Shown here one piece after another: positions 51,384 to 62,610 of a DNA stretch of 64,000 nucleotides; within the stretch, counting starts at the first letter, position 1, and every line of letters begins with the position of its first letter. Made by a program: the position numbers and the translations under genes. The DNA is from Synechococcus sp. (lineage in GTDB: Bacteria; Cyanobacteriota; Cyanobacteriia; PCC-6307; Cyanobiaceae). The stretch covers positions 672,001 to 736,000 of the forward strand of contig JBJBDL010000003.1 in assembly GCA_047285305.1 (NCBI GenBank). Reading direction: 5' to 3'. The notes under the pieces were generated by a model. That model saw only the letters and a list, made by a program, of their open reading frames with translations, searched no databases and was not told where the DNA came from.

Positions 51384-52156
51384 GCGCATGCTTCGGCTAA
51401 GCCTTCGAGATCGTGGGGGTCGGCCTCAGCATCCACCCGGCCGAAGCATTGGCGGCAGCTGCGGCTGGTCTGGGGGCCGATTGAAACCACCTTCACCCCC
51501 TCCAACCGTTCAGCCCAGCCAGGGCCGAAGCGCTGTTCCAGCAGCTGCGCGGTGTGCTCCGCTGTCTTGCCGCTGCTGAAGGCGATGGCATCAACTTCAC
51601 CTCCCTCCAGGGCGGTCGCTGTTGGCTCCGGCATCGTGGCGGGGCAGCCGGACTCATAGGCCGCCACTTCCACCACCCGCACCCCGGCTTCACCGAAGGC
51701 GTCCGCCAACAGTGTGCGACCACCGCTCTGCACCCGTGGAAGGAGCATCTTGAGACCCCAGCCCGACACCGGGAAGTGATCGATCAAGCTGTCGGCGACG
51801 AAGCTCGGCGGCACGAAATCAGCGGCCGCCCCCAGGTCGTCCAGCACCTGCGCCGTTTTGCGGCCCACCGCCGCAATCTTGAGACTGCCGGGGCGCCTGG
51901 CCAGGCAACTGCCAAGGCGTTGCAGCCGCTGTTCCACGGCCTGCACTCCGTTGGCACTGGAGAACACCAGCCAGTGAAAGCTCTCCAAGTCCTCGAGGGC
52001 GTCATCCAGAGGACCCCAGTGGTCGGGTGGTCCGATCACCAGGGCAGGAAGATCCAGCACCGTTGCCCCCCGCTGCTCCAGCAGCTGGCGTGCGGCTCCC
52101 TGCTGGTCGGCCGCGCGGGTGACGACCACCGTTCGGCTTTGCAAGGGCTGGCTCAA
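51359..52156 (-). CDS. hemD: Uroporphyrinogen-III synthase
   Basis: VVTRA, FSSANGV, AVGRKTA, SIGPQTS; TTG start at 52156. Confidence 0.92.
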   Translation of the reverse strand: MSQPLQSRTVVVTRAADQQGAARQLLEQRGATVLDLPALVIGPPDHWGPLDDALEDLESFHWLVFSSANGVQAVEQRLQRLGSCLARRPGSLKIAAVGRKTAQVLDDLGAAADFVPPSFVADSLIDHFPVSGWGLKMLLPRVQSGGRTLLADAFGEAGVRVVEVAAYESGCPATMPEPTATALEGGEVDAIAFSSGKTAEHTAQLLEQRFGPGWAERLEGVKVVSIGPQTSRSCRQCFGRVDAEADPHDLEGLAEACAQAMQKGS

Positions 52157-53355
52157 GCGACAGCCTCCCCGTCCAGCTTCACCACCCCCTGTACCCTTTC
52201 GCGCAGCTGCCGAGCCGCGTCGGCGTTTCCCTGAGCCTGAAGCAGGTTGATGGCGCGGATGAAGCTGCTGCGAGCGGCGTCGATGTTGCCGCCCAACAAT
52301 TGGGCCACGGCATTGTTCTGATGGCACTCAGCATTGTTGGGATCCAGAGCAAGGGCGCGCCCGTAGGCCTCCAGTGCCGCGGCGAGGTCGCCGCGCCGCC
52401 GTTGCATCAGCCCAAGGTTGTACCAGGCGAGGGCCACTTCCGGCGCCCGCTGGGCGGCGGTTTGGGTGAGGCTGATCGCTTCTTCCAGGTTGCCCTGGTC
52501 CATCAGTCGAGCCGCCAGGTTGAGGCGGGCTCCAAGACTCACCCGTGTGTCCAGGGGCATCTCCAGGGCTTGCCTGTAGCAGGTCACCGCCTTGTCGGGA
52601 TCACAAGGGGTCAGGGCCAAGCCTAGGTACAGCAGCAGTTCATACCGTTCGACACCGGCTGAACCGCAATGCTTCAGGCCGTTTTCCAGCAAGGGAATGG
52701 CGTCGTCGTTCTTGCCCTCACTGATCAATAGCCCCCCGAGCTTGGCGCTGGCGTAGGGATCACCAGGACGCTCCTGCAGATCAGCTTCCATGGCCTGCCG
52801 CAGCCGATCGGCCTTGTCGCTGCCAGCCAGTAGTTCTGGTCGGTAGCCGTCATGGAGGATTGCCGGCTCACTGCAATCGGCGATGCGCCATTGGGGTTCG
52901 GTGTCCAGCAGGGTGCGAATGCTGTCGTCGATCATCGAGTGGTATCGCCGGCTCCACCGGATCGAGGGGTGGCGGCGGAACAGACGACTGACGCTGGAAT
53001 AGGGAGCCATGGCAGCCCCCACCTCGTAGCGCAGCAGGTTGATCACCAGCACATCAGGCTGGGCCATCAGGGCTTTGAGTGCGGGGATGGCCTCAGGACG
53101 AAGCTGCTCGTCCGCATCCAGCACCAGCACCCAGTCGCTGTTCAGAAACTCCAGGGCCTGATTGCGGGCTGGGGCGAAGTCACCCGGCCAGGGGATCTGC
53201 TCAACCCGGGCTCCAGCAGCCTCGGCGATGGCCACCGTCGCATCGGTGGAGCCCGTGTCCACCAACACCATCTCGTCGGCGAAGCCCTGCACGGAGCGCA
53301 GGCACGCCCCGAGACGCGCCTCTTCATCGCGCACGATCATCGAGAGGCTGAGCAT
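52153..53355 (-). CDS. GT2 glycosyltransferase with TPR repeats
   Basis: LSLSMIVRDE, VDTGSTD, DFAPARN, LDADE, then TPRs. Confidence 0.9.
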   Translation of the reverse strand: MLSLSMIVRDEEARLGACLRSVQGFADEMVLVDTGSTDATVAIAEAAGARVEQIPWPGDFAPARNQALEFLNSDWVLVLDADEQLRPEAIPALKALMAQPDVLVINLLRYEVGAAMAPYSSVSRLFRRHPSIRWSRRYHSMIDDSIRTLLDTEPQWRIADCSEPAILHDGYRPELLAGSDKADRLRQAMEADLQERPGDPYASAKLGGLLISEGKNDDAIPLLENGLKHCGSAGVERYELLLYLGLALTPCDPDKAVTCYRQALEMPLDTRVSLGARLNLAARLMDQGNLEEAISLTQTAAQRAPEVALAWYNLGLMQRRRGDLAAALEAYGRALALDPNNAECHQNNAVAQLLGGNIDAARSSFIRAINLLQAQGNADAARQLRERVQGVVKLDGEAVA

Positions 53356-53420
53356 GGCCGGCCGGCTTGAGATTGGCGCGAGGTTAAATGCGGTTGGCTA
53401 GTGCGGTTGGTTGGTGGTGG

Positions 53421-55040
53421 TCAGTCGGTGAACGCATCACTGTTGCCCGTCGGCGTCGCGTTGGGGAACAGCGCGGTGAGCACCTGGCGTTGGGCTTCCT
53501 GCATTTGGCCGGCGGAATAGGCGGCAGGGCAGCTGCTGGGCAGAAGGGGCTTCAGGCTGTCCCAGAGGTAAGGGCTGCCGTAGACCACGACCCCGGCCAG
53601 CCGGTTGAGGGCGATCAGTTGCTGGATCGCTGCGGCCCACGGTTCTTGGGCATCCCGTCCGGCGCGGAAGGGGTTGCCCCGCAGGAACAGCTGCAGCAGC
53701 ACCGCTCCATCGCCGAGCCGGTCCATCGCCAGGGGCGCGTCCGCTTGGCCGCTCCAGGGCGATAGCCCTTCGCCATGAAGCACGATCGAGCGAAATCCCT
53801 GTGCTTCAGGAGTGCGCAGGGCCGGGGACCAGCCGCTGAGGGCTGCTGCGCTGGGCACCATGGCATCCACTCGCACCAGGTTGATTCCTGCTTGTGGGAG
53901 AACCTCTACCTCGCCGACCGTGATGCTGTGACGCACCAGCTCAGCCTCAAGGTCTTGCTCGTCTGCGCTAACGATCGGACCTGAAGCTGTGCTGGTTGGG
54001 ATCGATGCCAGCGCATGGGCCCGGCGCTGCAGGCTTTCGTCCAACCTCCCGAGGCACAGCCTTCCACTGCTGAAACCGTCGCAGAGACCATCAATGGCGG
54101 CATCCGCATCCGCCGGCATCAGGATCAGGTCGGCCCCGGCTTCAAAGGCCAGCACAGCTGCTTCGGCGGCGCCGTACCGTGCGCTGATCGCTTCCATTAC
54201 TAGGGCATCGGTCACCACCAACCCGTTGAAGCCCATCTCCTGCCTCAGCAGATCGGTGAGCACGGCTTTGGAGAGGGTGGCGGGCTGCTGCGGCTCCAGT
54301 TTTGGCAGCACCAAGTGGGCCGTCATCACGCTCTCAATACCGGCGGCAATGGCGGCCTTAAAGGGCGGCAGTTCGATCTGTTCCAGCCGTTCGCGGCTGT
54401 GGGGCAGCACCGGCAGGTCCAGATGGGAGTCGCTGGCGGTGTCGCCGTGGCCGGGAAAGTGCTTGGCGCATCCGAGAACACCCGCTTGCTTCAGCCCCCG
54501 CTGGAACGCCACCGCAAGGGCGCTGGCAGTGTTGGGATCCTCGCCCCAGGCCCGCACATTGATCACAGGGTTGGCGGGGTTGTTGTTGACGTCGCACACC
54601 GGTCCCAGCACCCAGTTCAGGCCACAGCGGCGGGCCTGTCCGCCGGTGCAGCGGCCATAGCGCTCACTCAAATCCAAGGCCAGCTCCGGGTCCCGCTGGT
54701 GGAGTCGCCCGAGGGCTAAGGGCGGCACCAGCCAGCTGGCCCCTTCGAAGCGCTGACCCACGCCCTCTTCCACGTCTGCGCAGAACAGCAACCGTTGGTC
54801 ACTCCAGCCCTGCAGTTGCTGGGTGCGCTGCTGCAGCTCCACGGCGCTGCCCCCCAGCAGGATCACGCCGCCCACTCCTTCCTGCAGCAAACGTTGCAGT
54901 TCGCTGTTCGGAAGCTCCCACTGCGGGTAGTGACGCTGCTTGTCGCTCAGATGACCACTGGCCCGAAGCACCAGCAGTTCTGCCACTCGGCGTCGCAGGC
55001 TGTCTGCTCCTGGACTGTCAGTCGCCGGGCTGTTCATCAC
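53421..55040 (-). CDS. Glycoside hydrolase family 3 (NagZ-like beta-N-acetylglucosaminidase)
   Basis: [23 protein letters not shown]. Confidence 0.88.
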   Translation of the reverse strand: MMNSPATDSPGADSLRRRVAELLVLRASGHLSDKQRHYPQWELPNSELQRLLQEGVGGVILLGGSAVELQQRTQQLQGWSDQRLLFCADVEEGVGQRFEGASWLVPPLALGRLHQRDPELALDLSERYGRCTGGQARRCGLNWVLGPVCDVNNNPANPVINVRAWGEDPNTASALAVAFQRGLKQAGVLGCAKHFPGHGDTASDSHLDLPVLPHSRERLEQIELPPFKAAIAAGIESVMTAHLVLPKLEPQQPATLSKAVLTDLLRQEMGFNGLVVTDALVMEAISARYGAAEAAVLAFEAGADLILMPADADAAIDGLCDGFSSGRLCLGRLDESLQRRAHALASIPTSTASGPIVSADEQDLEAELVRHSITVGEVEVLPQAGINLVRVDAMVPSAAALSGWSPALRTPEAQGFRSIVLHGEGLSPWSGQADAPLAMDRLGDGAVLLQLFLRGNPFRAGRDAQEPWAAAIQQLIALNRLAGVVVYGSPYLWDSLKPLLPSSCPAAYSAGQMQEAQRQVLTALFPNATPTGNSDAFTD

Positions 55041-55425
55041 TGCCCGGTGGAATGTCGCCCCGCTGCTGACGTTCGTCTTCGAGGCGATTCAGCAAGCCCA
55101 ACACGGAGGTGCCGCGCTCCAGCCCCCGATCCAGTTGAAACACCACTTCAGGAGCGCGCCTCATTTGCAGCCGTCGCCCCAGTTCTCCCCGGAGGAAGCC
55201 GCTGGCAGCCTGCAGCCCCTCGAGCACCTGTTCGCGCTCCTGGGTTTCCCCAAACACGCTCACGAATATCTTGCAGTGCTGCAGATCGCCGGAGACCTCC
55301 ACTTCGGTGATGCTCACCATGCCTTGGTGCACCCGTTCATCACGGATGCCGTTGATCATCAGTTCGCTGACTTCTTTGCGGATCAGGGCGGCCACCCTCT
55401 CCACTCGACGCCCCTGTGCCATCAC
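55018..55425 (-). CDS. rbfA: Ribosome-binding factor A
   Basis: [27 protein letters not shown]. Confidence 0.95.
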   Translation of the reverse strand: MMAQGRRVERVAALIRKEVSELMINGIRDERVHQGMVSITEVEVSGDLQHCKIFVSVFGETQEREQVLEGLQAASGFLRGELGRRLQMRRAPEVVFQLDRGLERGTSVLGLLNRLEDERQQRGDIPPGSDEQPGD

Positions 55426-55628
55426 GCCAACGGTGCTGAATTCACCATGGCACGCAGTACCAAGGTGAGGCTGATTCCACCACTGATCAAGGCGCCGATC
55501 AAGGCCACGGCCGTGACAGGATTGCTCCGGCGCGCGGCCAGGGGTTCGGCGACGGAGTTCATCACCCCGAGGGTGAAGGCGATCAAGTAGCGGGGGTATC
55601 GGGAGACGTTGAGGAAAAACTCCCGCAT
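55422..55628 (-). CDS. DUF751-family protein
   Basis: [16 protein letters not shown]; lies upstream of rbfA. Confidence 0.85.
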   Translation of the reverse strand: MREFFLNVSRYPRYLIAFTLGVMNSVAEPLAARRSNPVTAVALIGALISGGISLTLVLRAMVNSAPLA

Positions 55629-55687
55629 GGTTCTGGCGTGCTTGCAGATCTGCTGGCTACTCTGCCGGGCCCATGGCTGTTTTGGAC

Positions 55688-56413
55688 ATGTTGGAGCTGC
55701 ATCAATTCCGCCATTCCGCGTTTTGTCTCAAGGTGCGGATGGTGTTGCAGGCCAAGGGACTGAGTTTCCGCACCGTGGAGGTGCCCCCCGGTGTCGGCCA
55801 AGTTGCCGTGTTCCGGCTGTCCGGCCAACGGCAGGTCCCCGTGTTGGTGGATGGGGGTCATGTGATTGCCGACTCCAGCGCCATTGCACTGCATCTGGAT
55901 CAGCGGGAGCCATACCCTGCCCTGATTCCCGCCGATCCGCGCCAGGCCGCCCAGGTGCATCTGCTGGAGGACTGGGCCGATACCACCCTGGCCATGGCGG
56001 GCCGCTCCTCTCTGGTGCAGGCCGCGGCACTGGACTCCGAGCTTCGGGTCGCTCTGCTGCCCGACGATCTGCCCGACACCGTGCGTTCGGTGATGGGTGT
56101 GATCCCTGGCGGTTGGGTCAGCAACATCACTGAACTGGTCAACCAGAAGGAGCGCACCGAGCTGCTGGCCAGCCTGGAGCAGCTGGCCAGATCCGTGCAG
56201 ACCAGCCCTTGGTTGGTGGGCGACAGCATGACCCTGGCCGATATCGCCGTTGCGGCTCAGTTGTCGCTGCTTCGCTTCCCCTCCTCTGCGGGTTCGGCCC
56301 TGGCCGGCAAGGGCGTGCCTGGGCTGAGCGATCACCCCAAACTGCAGCCCCTGTTTCAGTGGCGCGACCAGATCGAACTCAAGTTGATGGAGCGGACCCT
56401 GGAAGAGGTGTGA
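55688..56413 (+). CDS. Glutathione S-transferase-family protein
   Basis: SAFCLKVR, QVPVL, DSSAIA, TLADIAVA. Confidence 0.88.
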   Translation: MLELHQFRHSAFCLKVRMVLQAKGLSFRTVEVPPGVGQVAVFRLSGQRQVPVLVDGGHVIADSSAIALHLDQREPYPALIPADPRQAAQVHLLEDWADTTLAMAGRSSLVQAAALDSELRVALLPDDLPDTVRSVMGVIPGGWVSNITELVNQKERTELLASLEQLARSVQTSPWLVGDSMTLADIAVAAQLSLLRFPSSAGSALAGKGVPGLSDHPKLQPLFQWRDQIELKLMERTLEEV

Positions 56414-57056
56414 AGCGCAATTGGTAGTGGTGCTGGGCGATGGCTTGATCCCGCAGGCTCTCGCCCGGCGAGGCGTAGCGCCCTTGCCATTGCTCGGCGC
56501 AGATGTCCTCGCCGCAGCGGTTGTAGCGGCTCAGGGTTTCGATCCGGCTCAGCCGCGGCGGCCCGGGCGCATGCAGGATCTGCAGCACCAATTCATCGGC
56601 CAGGAAGGTGTCGGTGCTCGGACTCTCCTGGCGGCGTCCCGTCACTGTGGTCTCGAGATAGAGATCGCCTTTGAGTCGGGCAATCTGGCGGTTGGCGGAG
56701 TCGGGGTCTTCTTCCACCTTCAGCAGCTGCTCGCCAAGCAGGGCACGACCGATGCCCGTGGCGTTGAAGCCGCGATCGCCGACCAGTCGACCGCGCCGGT
56801 CGGCTTGAAATCGTGCTTGATGCAGCAGCGGTGGATCGTCTGGGGCATCGAGATCAATGCTCTCCACTTGCCACTGCCCGGCAAACCAGTCGGGGTAAAT
56901 CAGGTCGTCCCGATTTGAGGGCCGCGGCAATGGTGCCGGGAGGCTCCAGTCGGGCCAGCTGTTCAACCGCTGCTCAAGACCTGTCTGGGCCCAGGCGGGG
57001 CCGCCACTGATCAGGATGGTGAGGCTGATCAGCAGAATCCACAATCGCCGTTCCAT
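56379..57056 (-). CDS. Conserved hypothetical exported protein
   Basis: Signal peptide, DLIYPDWFAGQW, DRGFN motifs. Confidence 0.72.
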   Translation of the reverse strand: MERRLWILLISLTILISGGPAWAQTGLEQRLNSWPDWSLPAPLPRPSNRDDLIYPDWFAGQWQVESIDLDAPDDPPLLHQARFQADRRGRLVGDRGFNATGIGRALLGEQLLKVEEDPDSANRQIARLKGDLYLETTVTGRRQESPSTDTFLADELVLQILHAPGPPRLSRIETLSRYNRCGEDICAEQWQGRYASPGESLRDQAIAQHHYQLRFTPLPGSAPST

Positions 57057-57318
57057 GTCTGATCCCCTGATCCGTGCCCTTGATGACTATGTGGTGCTGG
57101 AGCCCGGCAAGCCGGAGCAGTTGCTCAGCGCTGCTGAAACGTTGACATGGCTGAGCGGTTGGTTGCGCAGCCTCGATCAGTTGCCGGCCGATCTGGAAGA
57201 TCAACCAGATGTCGACTCAGCGGCGCAGCGGTTGATCGATACGGCCTGTGATCTGGAAATCAGCCCTGGGGTGACCTTGCAGTGGTTTGCGGTGCGGTTG
57301 GAGCCGCCCACCGCTTGA
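57055..57318 (+). CDS. Chlororespiratory reduction 7 (CRR7)-like NDH-1 assembly factor
   Basis: DDYVVLEPG.PEQ...L.DTAC.LEI.PG..LQWFAVRLE; ATG at 57055. Confidence 0.85.
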   Translation: MSDPLIRALDDYVVLEPGKPEQLLSAAETLTWLSGWLRSLDQLPADLEDQPDVDSAAQRLIDTACDLEISPGVTLQWFAVRLEPPTA

Positions 57319-57321
57319 GAT

Positions 57322-57897
57322 TCAGTCTGTTCGGCGTTGGGTCGGATCCTTCAGCAGGCTTGGCAACAGTTGCAGGATTCCGTCGGCCACGGCCTCTGGG
57401 GTCTCGTCGTTGATCACCACCGTCAGATCGGCCTCGGCGTAGAGGGGACGACGCTCGTTCAACAGCGCGTTCAGAGCCGTCTCTGGATCGGTAGTTTGCA
57501 GTAAAGGGCGCACGGTGCTGTCGGCGTTCAGCCGCTGCAGCAACTGATCGGGCACCACATCGAGCCAAATCACGATACCGCTGTGCAGCATTCCCCAGTT
57601 CTCCGGCTGGGTCACCACACCGCCACCTGTGGCCACTACAAGCGAGTGACGCTGACTGATCGCACTGAGCACCTGGCTTTCCAGGCTGCGGAAGCCCGCT
57701 TCGCCATCCCGATCAAAGATTTCCGGGATGCTGACGCCCGCCGCCTGTTCGATCACGGCATCGGCATCCACAAAGCCGTAGCCCAGGCGTTCGGCCAGGG
57801 GGCGGCCCGTGCTCGTCTTGCCGCTGCCCATCATTCCCACCAGATAGAGGCTGCGCCCGGCAAGACGCTGCTTAAGGGTGGGGGTGGAATCCGCCAT
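57322..57897 (-). CDS. aroK: Shikimate kinase
   Basis: [24 protein letters not shown]. Confidence 0.95.
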   Translation of the reverse strand: MADSTPTLKQRLAGRSLYLVGMMGSGKTSTGRPLAERLGYGFVDADAVIEQAAGVSIPEIFDRDGEAGFRSLESQVLSAISQRHSLVVATGGGVVTQPENWGMLHSGIVIWLDVVPDQLLQRLNADSTVRPLLQTTDPETALNALLNERRPLYAEADLTVVINDETPEAVADGILQLLPSLLKDPTQRRTD

Positions 57898-57948
57898 GAC
57901 TCGGAAACGTCAATAGCTCATTAGGATGCCTCGCGGCCGGAACGTCAC

Positions 57949-58869
57949 ATGACTGAAACGAAGTCACCAGCACGGCACGGCCAAGGTCGTGGTTGTGTCA
58001 TCACCAGGAGGGCCTGTTTCAGTGCCAGCCATCGCTATTGGCTGCCAGAACTGTCTGCGGATGACAATGCCGCACGTTTCGGGCCCTGCGCTTTGGCTCC
58101 TGGCCACGGGCACAACTACGAGCTGATTGTCTCCATGGCTGGCGGTCTGGACGCCCACGGCATGGTGCTCAACCTCTCGGAGGTGAAGCACGCCATCCGC
58201 AACGAGGTGACTGGCCACCTCGATTTCCGCTTCCTCAATGAGGCCTGGCCGGAATTTGACGTTGCTACCCCTGAAGGGTGCCTCCCCACCACCGAGGCCC
58301 TGGTGCGGGTGATCTGGCAGCGCCTCAGCCCGCATCTGCCGATCACGGCGCTGCGCCTCTACGAACAACCGGGCCTTTGGGCCGACTATCTCGGACATCC
58401 CATGGACGCCTTCCTCACCATCCGCACCCACTTCGCCGCCGCTCACCGACTCGCCCGCCCGGAACTCAGTCAGGAAGAGAACGAAGCGATCTACGGCAAG
58501 TGCGCACGTCCCCATGGCCATGGCCACAACTACCTGGTGGACGTGACCGTGCGCGGTGAGATCGATCCCCGCACCGGCATGGTCTGCGACCTGTCTGCCT
58601 TGCAGCGCCTGGTGGATGATCTGGTGGTCGAGCCTTTTGACCACACTTTCCTCAACAAGGACGTGCCCTTCTTCGAGGAGTGTGTGCCCACGGCTGAGAA
58701 CATTGCACTGCACATCGCTGATCGTCTTTCCAGCCCGATCAAGGCCATCGGCGCCAGCTTGCACAAGGTGCGACTGCAGGAGAGCCCGAATAATGCGGCC
58801 GAGGTTTACGCCGAAGCACCGCAACTGGAGATGTCCCCAGCTGCTCTTGATGCAGTGGCAGCCGTCTGA
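57949..58869 (+). CDS. queD: 6-carboxytetrahydropterin/6-pyruvoyltetrahydropterin synthase, tandem-domain form
   Basis: Two T-fold repeats, each with C....HGHNY and PT.E. Confidence 0.85.
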   Translation: MTETKSPARHGQGRGCVITRRACFSASHRYWLPELSADDNAARFGPCALAPGHGHNYELIVSMAGGLDAHGMVLNLSEVKHAIRNEVTGHLDFRFLNEAWPEFDVATPEGCLPTTEALVRVIWQRLSPHLPITALRLYEQPGLWADYLGHPMDAFLTIRTHFAAAHRLARPELSQEENEAIYGKCARPHGHGHNYLVDVTVRGEIDPRTGMVCDLSALQRLVDDLVVEPFDHTFLNKDVPFFEECVPTAENIALHIADRLSSPIKAIGASLHKVRLQESPNNAAEVYAEAPQLEMSPAALDAVAAV

Positions 58870-58880
58870 TCGACGGCTGG

Positions 58881-59558
58881 ATGCCCCAACGCCCCACTCC
58901 TTCACGTCCCTTCGTGCGCTTGGTGCTGGCCATCAGCCTTGATGGCCGTTTGGCGCCGCCGGTAGGGGGTGCTGCGCAGCTGGGGGGTGAGGGTGACCGT
59001 CGCGCCCTGGAGCATGCGCTCGCTTGGGGGGATGCCTGCTTGATCGGTGCCGGAACCCTGAGGGCCCATCAGTCCACCTGCTTGATCCGCAGCCCTCAGC
59101 TGCTTGAGCAACGCCGAAGCGAGGGGCGAGCCGAGCAGCCGGCCGCTGTGGTGGTGAGCCGATCGCCCGACTTTTCAAGCGCCTGGCGGTTTTTTGATCA
59201 GCCGCTTCAACGTTGGCTGCTGGCTCCTGAACCTGTGGATCAAGGTTTTGATCGTTGGTTCCCTATGGCTCCAACCTGGCCGGAGCGGCTCAAGGCGCTT
59301 GGAGCTGCTGGGATTCAGCGTCTGGTGCTTCTGGGTGGCGCCCAGCTCAGCGCCGATCTGCTGCAAGCCGATTGCGTCGATGCGCTCCAGCTCACCTTGG
59401 TGCCCCAGCTTCTGGGCGGCCGCTTCAGCTGGTTGCCTTGCACCGATTCGCCGTTGCCAGCTGCATTGGCGCAACCGGGTGCTTGGCAGTCCGATGGCGC
59501 TGAGGACCTCGGGGACGGTGAGTGGCTTGTTCGCTACCGACGGATCCGATCTGGTTAA
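58881..59558 (+). CDS. RibD C-terminal/DHFR-like reductase
   Basis: AISLDG, IGAGTLR, LLGG motifs. Confidence 0.82.
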   Translation: MPQRPTPSRPFVRLVLAISLDGRLAPPVGGAAQLGGEGDRRALEHALAWGDACLIGAGTLRAHQSTCLIRSPQLLEQRRSEGRAEQPAAVVVSRSPDFSSAWRFFDQPLQRWLLAPEPVDQGFDRWFPMAPTWPERLKALGAAGIQRLVLLGGAQLSADLLQADCVDALQLTLVPQLLGGRFSWLPCTDSPLPAALAQPGAWQSDGAEDLGDGEWLVRYRRIRSG

Positions 59559-59591
59559 GGTCGTCGCACAAGGGCCTACGGCACCGTCGAC

Positions 59592-60767
59592 ATGACGTCA
59601 CTCACGGCTCGCTGGCATCGCTCCATCAATGAAATACCGGAGCAGCAGTGGAACAGCCTGGTTGGAGACGCCGCAATCCCCTTCTACTGCTGGAGTTGGC
59701 TGGAGGCTTTAGAAAGTTCCGGAAGCATCATTCCCGAGCAGGGCTGGCAGCCCCTGCATCTGGCCCTCTGGCGTGATGACATCCCGATTGCGGTGGCTCC
59801 GCTTTTCCTTAAGGGCCACAGCTATGGCGAGTTTGTGTTCGACCAGACCTTTGCCCGTCTGGCGGCGGATCTGGGGCTGCGCTACTACCCCAAGCTCCTG
59901 GGCATGAGTCCGGTCAGCCCAGTGCTGGGCTACCGCTTCCATGTGCGATCTGGAGAAGATGAAGCTCTGCTCACCCGGGAGTTGCTGCGGGCGATCGATC
60001 GCTTCTGCGAACAGAACGGCATCCTCAGCTGCAATTTCCTTTACGTGGATCCGCAGTGGCGGCCCCTGGCGGAGGCCGCCGGCTGTGCCGCCTGGCTGAA
60101 CCAGCAGAGCCTGTGGAGCCGCGGCGACGACCAGACGTTTGAGGATTACCTCAAGGGTTTCAATGCCAACCAGCGCCGCAACATCAAGCGGGAACGCAAG
60201 GCTGTGGCTAAGGCCGGGATCACCGTGACACCCCTCAGCGGCGATCAGCTGGATCTGCCGCTGTTGCAATTCATGCATCGTTTTTACGAGCAGCACTGTG
60301 CTCGCTGGGGACCGTGGGGCAGCAAGTATCTGGAGGAGCGTTTTTTTGAAGCGTTGGCACGGCTGCACCGCGATCAGCTGGTTCTTTTTTCTGCCCACCG
60401 AGGTGACCCTCGCGATCCGGTGGCGATGTCGATGTGCGTGCAGGACGGCCGACAGCTCTGGGGCCGCTACTGGGGGAGCCACGAGGAGATCGATTGTCTT
60501 CACTTCGAAGTCTGTTATTACGCTCCGATCGAATGGGCCCTGGCCAACGGCATCGTCAGCTTTGACCCTGGAGCCGGTGGCAGCCATAAACTCCGGCGAG
60601 GCTTTGTGGCCCGTCCCCACGCCAGCCTGCACCGCTGGTATCAGCCCCAGATGGATCAGTTGATCCGCACCTGGTTGCCCAAGGTGAATGGCTTGATGCT
60701 GGAGGAGATCGAGGCTATCAATGCGGAGCTGCCCTTCAAAGCAGAACCTCCGGCCTTGGCTTTGTAG
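59592..60767 (+). CDS. FemAB-like GNAT protein (DUF482)
   Basis: HSYGEFVFD, YYPKL, GRYWG, LHFEVCYY, GAGGSHK..RGF. Confidence 0.88.
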   Translation: MTSLTARWHRSINEIPEQQWNSLVGDAAIPFYCWSWLEALESSGSIIPEQGWQPLHLALWRDDIPIAVAPLFLKGHSYGEFVFDQTFARLAADLGLRYYPKLLGMSPVSPVLGYRFHVRSGEDEALLTRELLRAIDRFCEQNGILSCNFLYVDPQWRPLAEAAGCAAWLNQQSLWSRGDDQTFEDYLKGFNANQRRNIKRERKAVAKAGITVTPLSGDQLDLPLLQFMHRFYEQHCARWGPWGSKYLEERFFEALARLHRDQLVLFSAHRGDPRDPVAMSMCVQDGRQLWGRYWGSHEEIDCLHFEVCYYAPIEWALANGIVSFDPGAGGSHKLRRGFVARPHASLHRWYQPQMDQLIRTWLPKVNGLMLEEIEAINAELPFKAEPPALAL

Positions 60768-60776
60768 GTTGAAGGC

Positions 60777-61184
60777 ATGACCACAACTCAGGAAGCACCG
60801 GCATCCACTGCTGCTGCGATGGATGCTCTTGATAAGCGCCTGTCCCAGCGATTCATCGCTCTAGATCCCAGTGGCTACTTCTTGATCAAACTGGATCGTG
60901 ATGCCGCTGAACTGGTGCTTGAGCACTACGGCAACACCATTGATGACAAGGGGTTGGCCCGAGATTCCGAGACTGGTGAGGTGTTGCGCTGCGACGGGGG
61001 CAATGCTCCTCGGCGCCCTTCAGCTATTTACCGCGGCAGTACGGCAAAACAGCTGGGCATCCAGCTCACGGAAGGGGAAGCCCCACACGCGGTAAGTCGC
61101 CTCGACCATGCCCTTTATTTAGGGCGGGAGTTACAGAAGGCTGAGCAGTGCCTGCGTGACGGCACGGTCTATGTGCAGGACTGA
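60777..61184 (+). CDS. DUF4346-domain protein
   Basis: LDPSGYFLI...SRLDHALYLGREL.KAE...YVQD. Confidence 0.85.
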   Translation: MTTTQEAPASTAAAMDALDKRLSQRFIALDPSGYFLIKLDRDAAELVLEHYGNTIDDKGLARDSETGEVLRCDGGNAPRRPSAIYRGSTAKQLGIQLTEGEAPHAVSRLDHALYLGRELQKAEQCLRDGTVYVQD

Positions 61185-61301
61185 GGATCAGCCTGGCTGG
61201 AGATACCTCTCAATCGGTATCAGCTGTTCACAAACCCTGAGCCCAATGGCCTGAACTCAGGCCAGTGTCTGATCTAATGGTGGTCACCTCCGTACTTTCA
61301 C

Positions 61302-61394
61302 ATGGGCGTCGGCATATATCTCGGCCTGGTTGGTTCCGGTCTGGTGACGGCTTTTGTGCTCACCAAGCTGCTGAAGGGAATCAAGCTCATCTGA
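61302..61394 (+). CDS. petL: Cytochrome b6f subunit 6 (PetL)
   Basis: Manual translation [30 protein letters not shown]: 30 aa, single TM, ends in the characteristic IKLI. Confidence 0.82.
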   Translation: MGVGIYLGLVGSGLVTAFVLTKLLKGIKLI

Positions 61395-62610
61395 GCGGGT
61401 CCAACGTCTTCGCTCCTCGCTTTCGTATCCAGACCACAGCCACAGCAGCGCTGAGGCCACCCGTGACTGCGAAAGCCGTTGAGAGATTGGTGAACATCAC
61501 CATCAGGGCAACGATCAATCCACTTAGCCCGCCACCGCCGAGGAAGGCGATCTGGCTGAGCCCAGCCATCCGGCCTCGCATCACTTGCGGTGAGCCGATC
61601 TGACTGATCAGGTTGCAGCTGCTTAGCAGTCCGGCTGTGCCAGCGCCGATCAGAAAGGCCATGGCCAGACTGAATACAGGCCCAGGAGTGCGGGCCATAC
61701 CCATTTGGGCCACTGCGGTAATCAAGCCAAACCCCCCGAGAGTGAGGAAAGGGCGCCGGCAGAAACGCTGGCTGTTGCGTTGCAGCACCAGTCCGCCAAC
61801 GATGCTGCCGCCCGCAAGCACGCTGGTGAACAGCCCCAGATCCGTGGGATTGGGCCCCAGTTGATCGAAGGCGATCAGCGGGGCCAGTCCCGGGTGATAG
61901 AACCCGATCAGACACAGCACAGCGGTGAAGCTGAGCACCCCCTGAAGGGTTCCACCGCAGTGGTGCCAGGCATTGAGGAGGCTGGCGTCTTGACCGACGC
62001 TGCTGCGCACTTCCCGATCCCGATTCGGGTTGAGAAAGAACATCACACTGGCGATTGGCAGCAGATAGCTGGCCGCATCAATGCCCAGGGCCCAGACCGG
62101 GCCAGTGGCCGCCAGCAACAACCCGCCGATCGGGGGGCCTACCAGCTTGCCCACGTTGAAGACCACCGAAAAGCTGGTGAGGTAGCCCGCCAGCTGTTCT
62201 GGCCGCTCCACCAGGATCGAGCAGTACTTGTTGCGGGCCGTTAACTCATAGGCACCGGCAATGCCCACCAAAAGTGTGCTGCAGAGCAGTAGCAGCACCT
62301 GGGCTGTGCCCTCCAACAGGGGAATCGCCAGGGCCCCCAGGCCAGAGGCAGTCAACAGTGCCCATTGCGCTTGCACCAGCACCCGTTCACAGCCCACCCG
62401 GTCGGTGCGCACCCCCGCTGGACCACTCACCAGCAAGCTTGGAAGTGAAAGAGCGGCGAAGTTCAACGCCAGCACGAAAGGGTCCACGCCCCCTTTCATC
62501 AGAATCCAGCCCTTGGCGGTGATGCCGGCAAAAGAACCCGCCGTGCTCACGCCGGAGGCGATCAGAAAAAGCTGGCGTTGCTGTTCGGCCCGCAGTTTGA
62601 GAAGGGTCAA
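61387..62610 (-). CDS. MFS transporter
   Basis: About 12 TMs, [24 protein letters not shown]. Confidence 0.9.
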   Translation of the reverse strand: MTLLKLRAEQQRQLFLIASGVSTAGSFAGITAKGWILMKGGVDPFVLALNFAALSLPSLLVSGPAGVRTDRVGCERVLVQAQWALLTASGLGALAIPLLEGTAQVLLLLCSTLLVGIAGAYELTARNKYCSILVERPEQLAGYLTSFSVVFNVGKLVGPPIGGLLLAATGPVWALGIDAASYLLPIASVMFFLNPNRDREVRSSVGQDASLLNAWHHCGGTLQGVLSFTAVLCLIGFYHPGLAPLIAFDQLGPNPTDLGLFTSVLAGGSIVGGLVLQRNSQRFCRRPFLTLGGFGLITAVAQMGMARTPGPVFSLAMAFLIGAGTAGLLSSCNLISQIGSPQVMRGRMAGLSQIAFLGGGGLSGLIVALMVMFTNLSTAFAVTGGLSAAVAVVWIRKRGAKTLDPLR

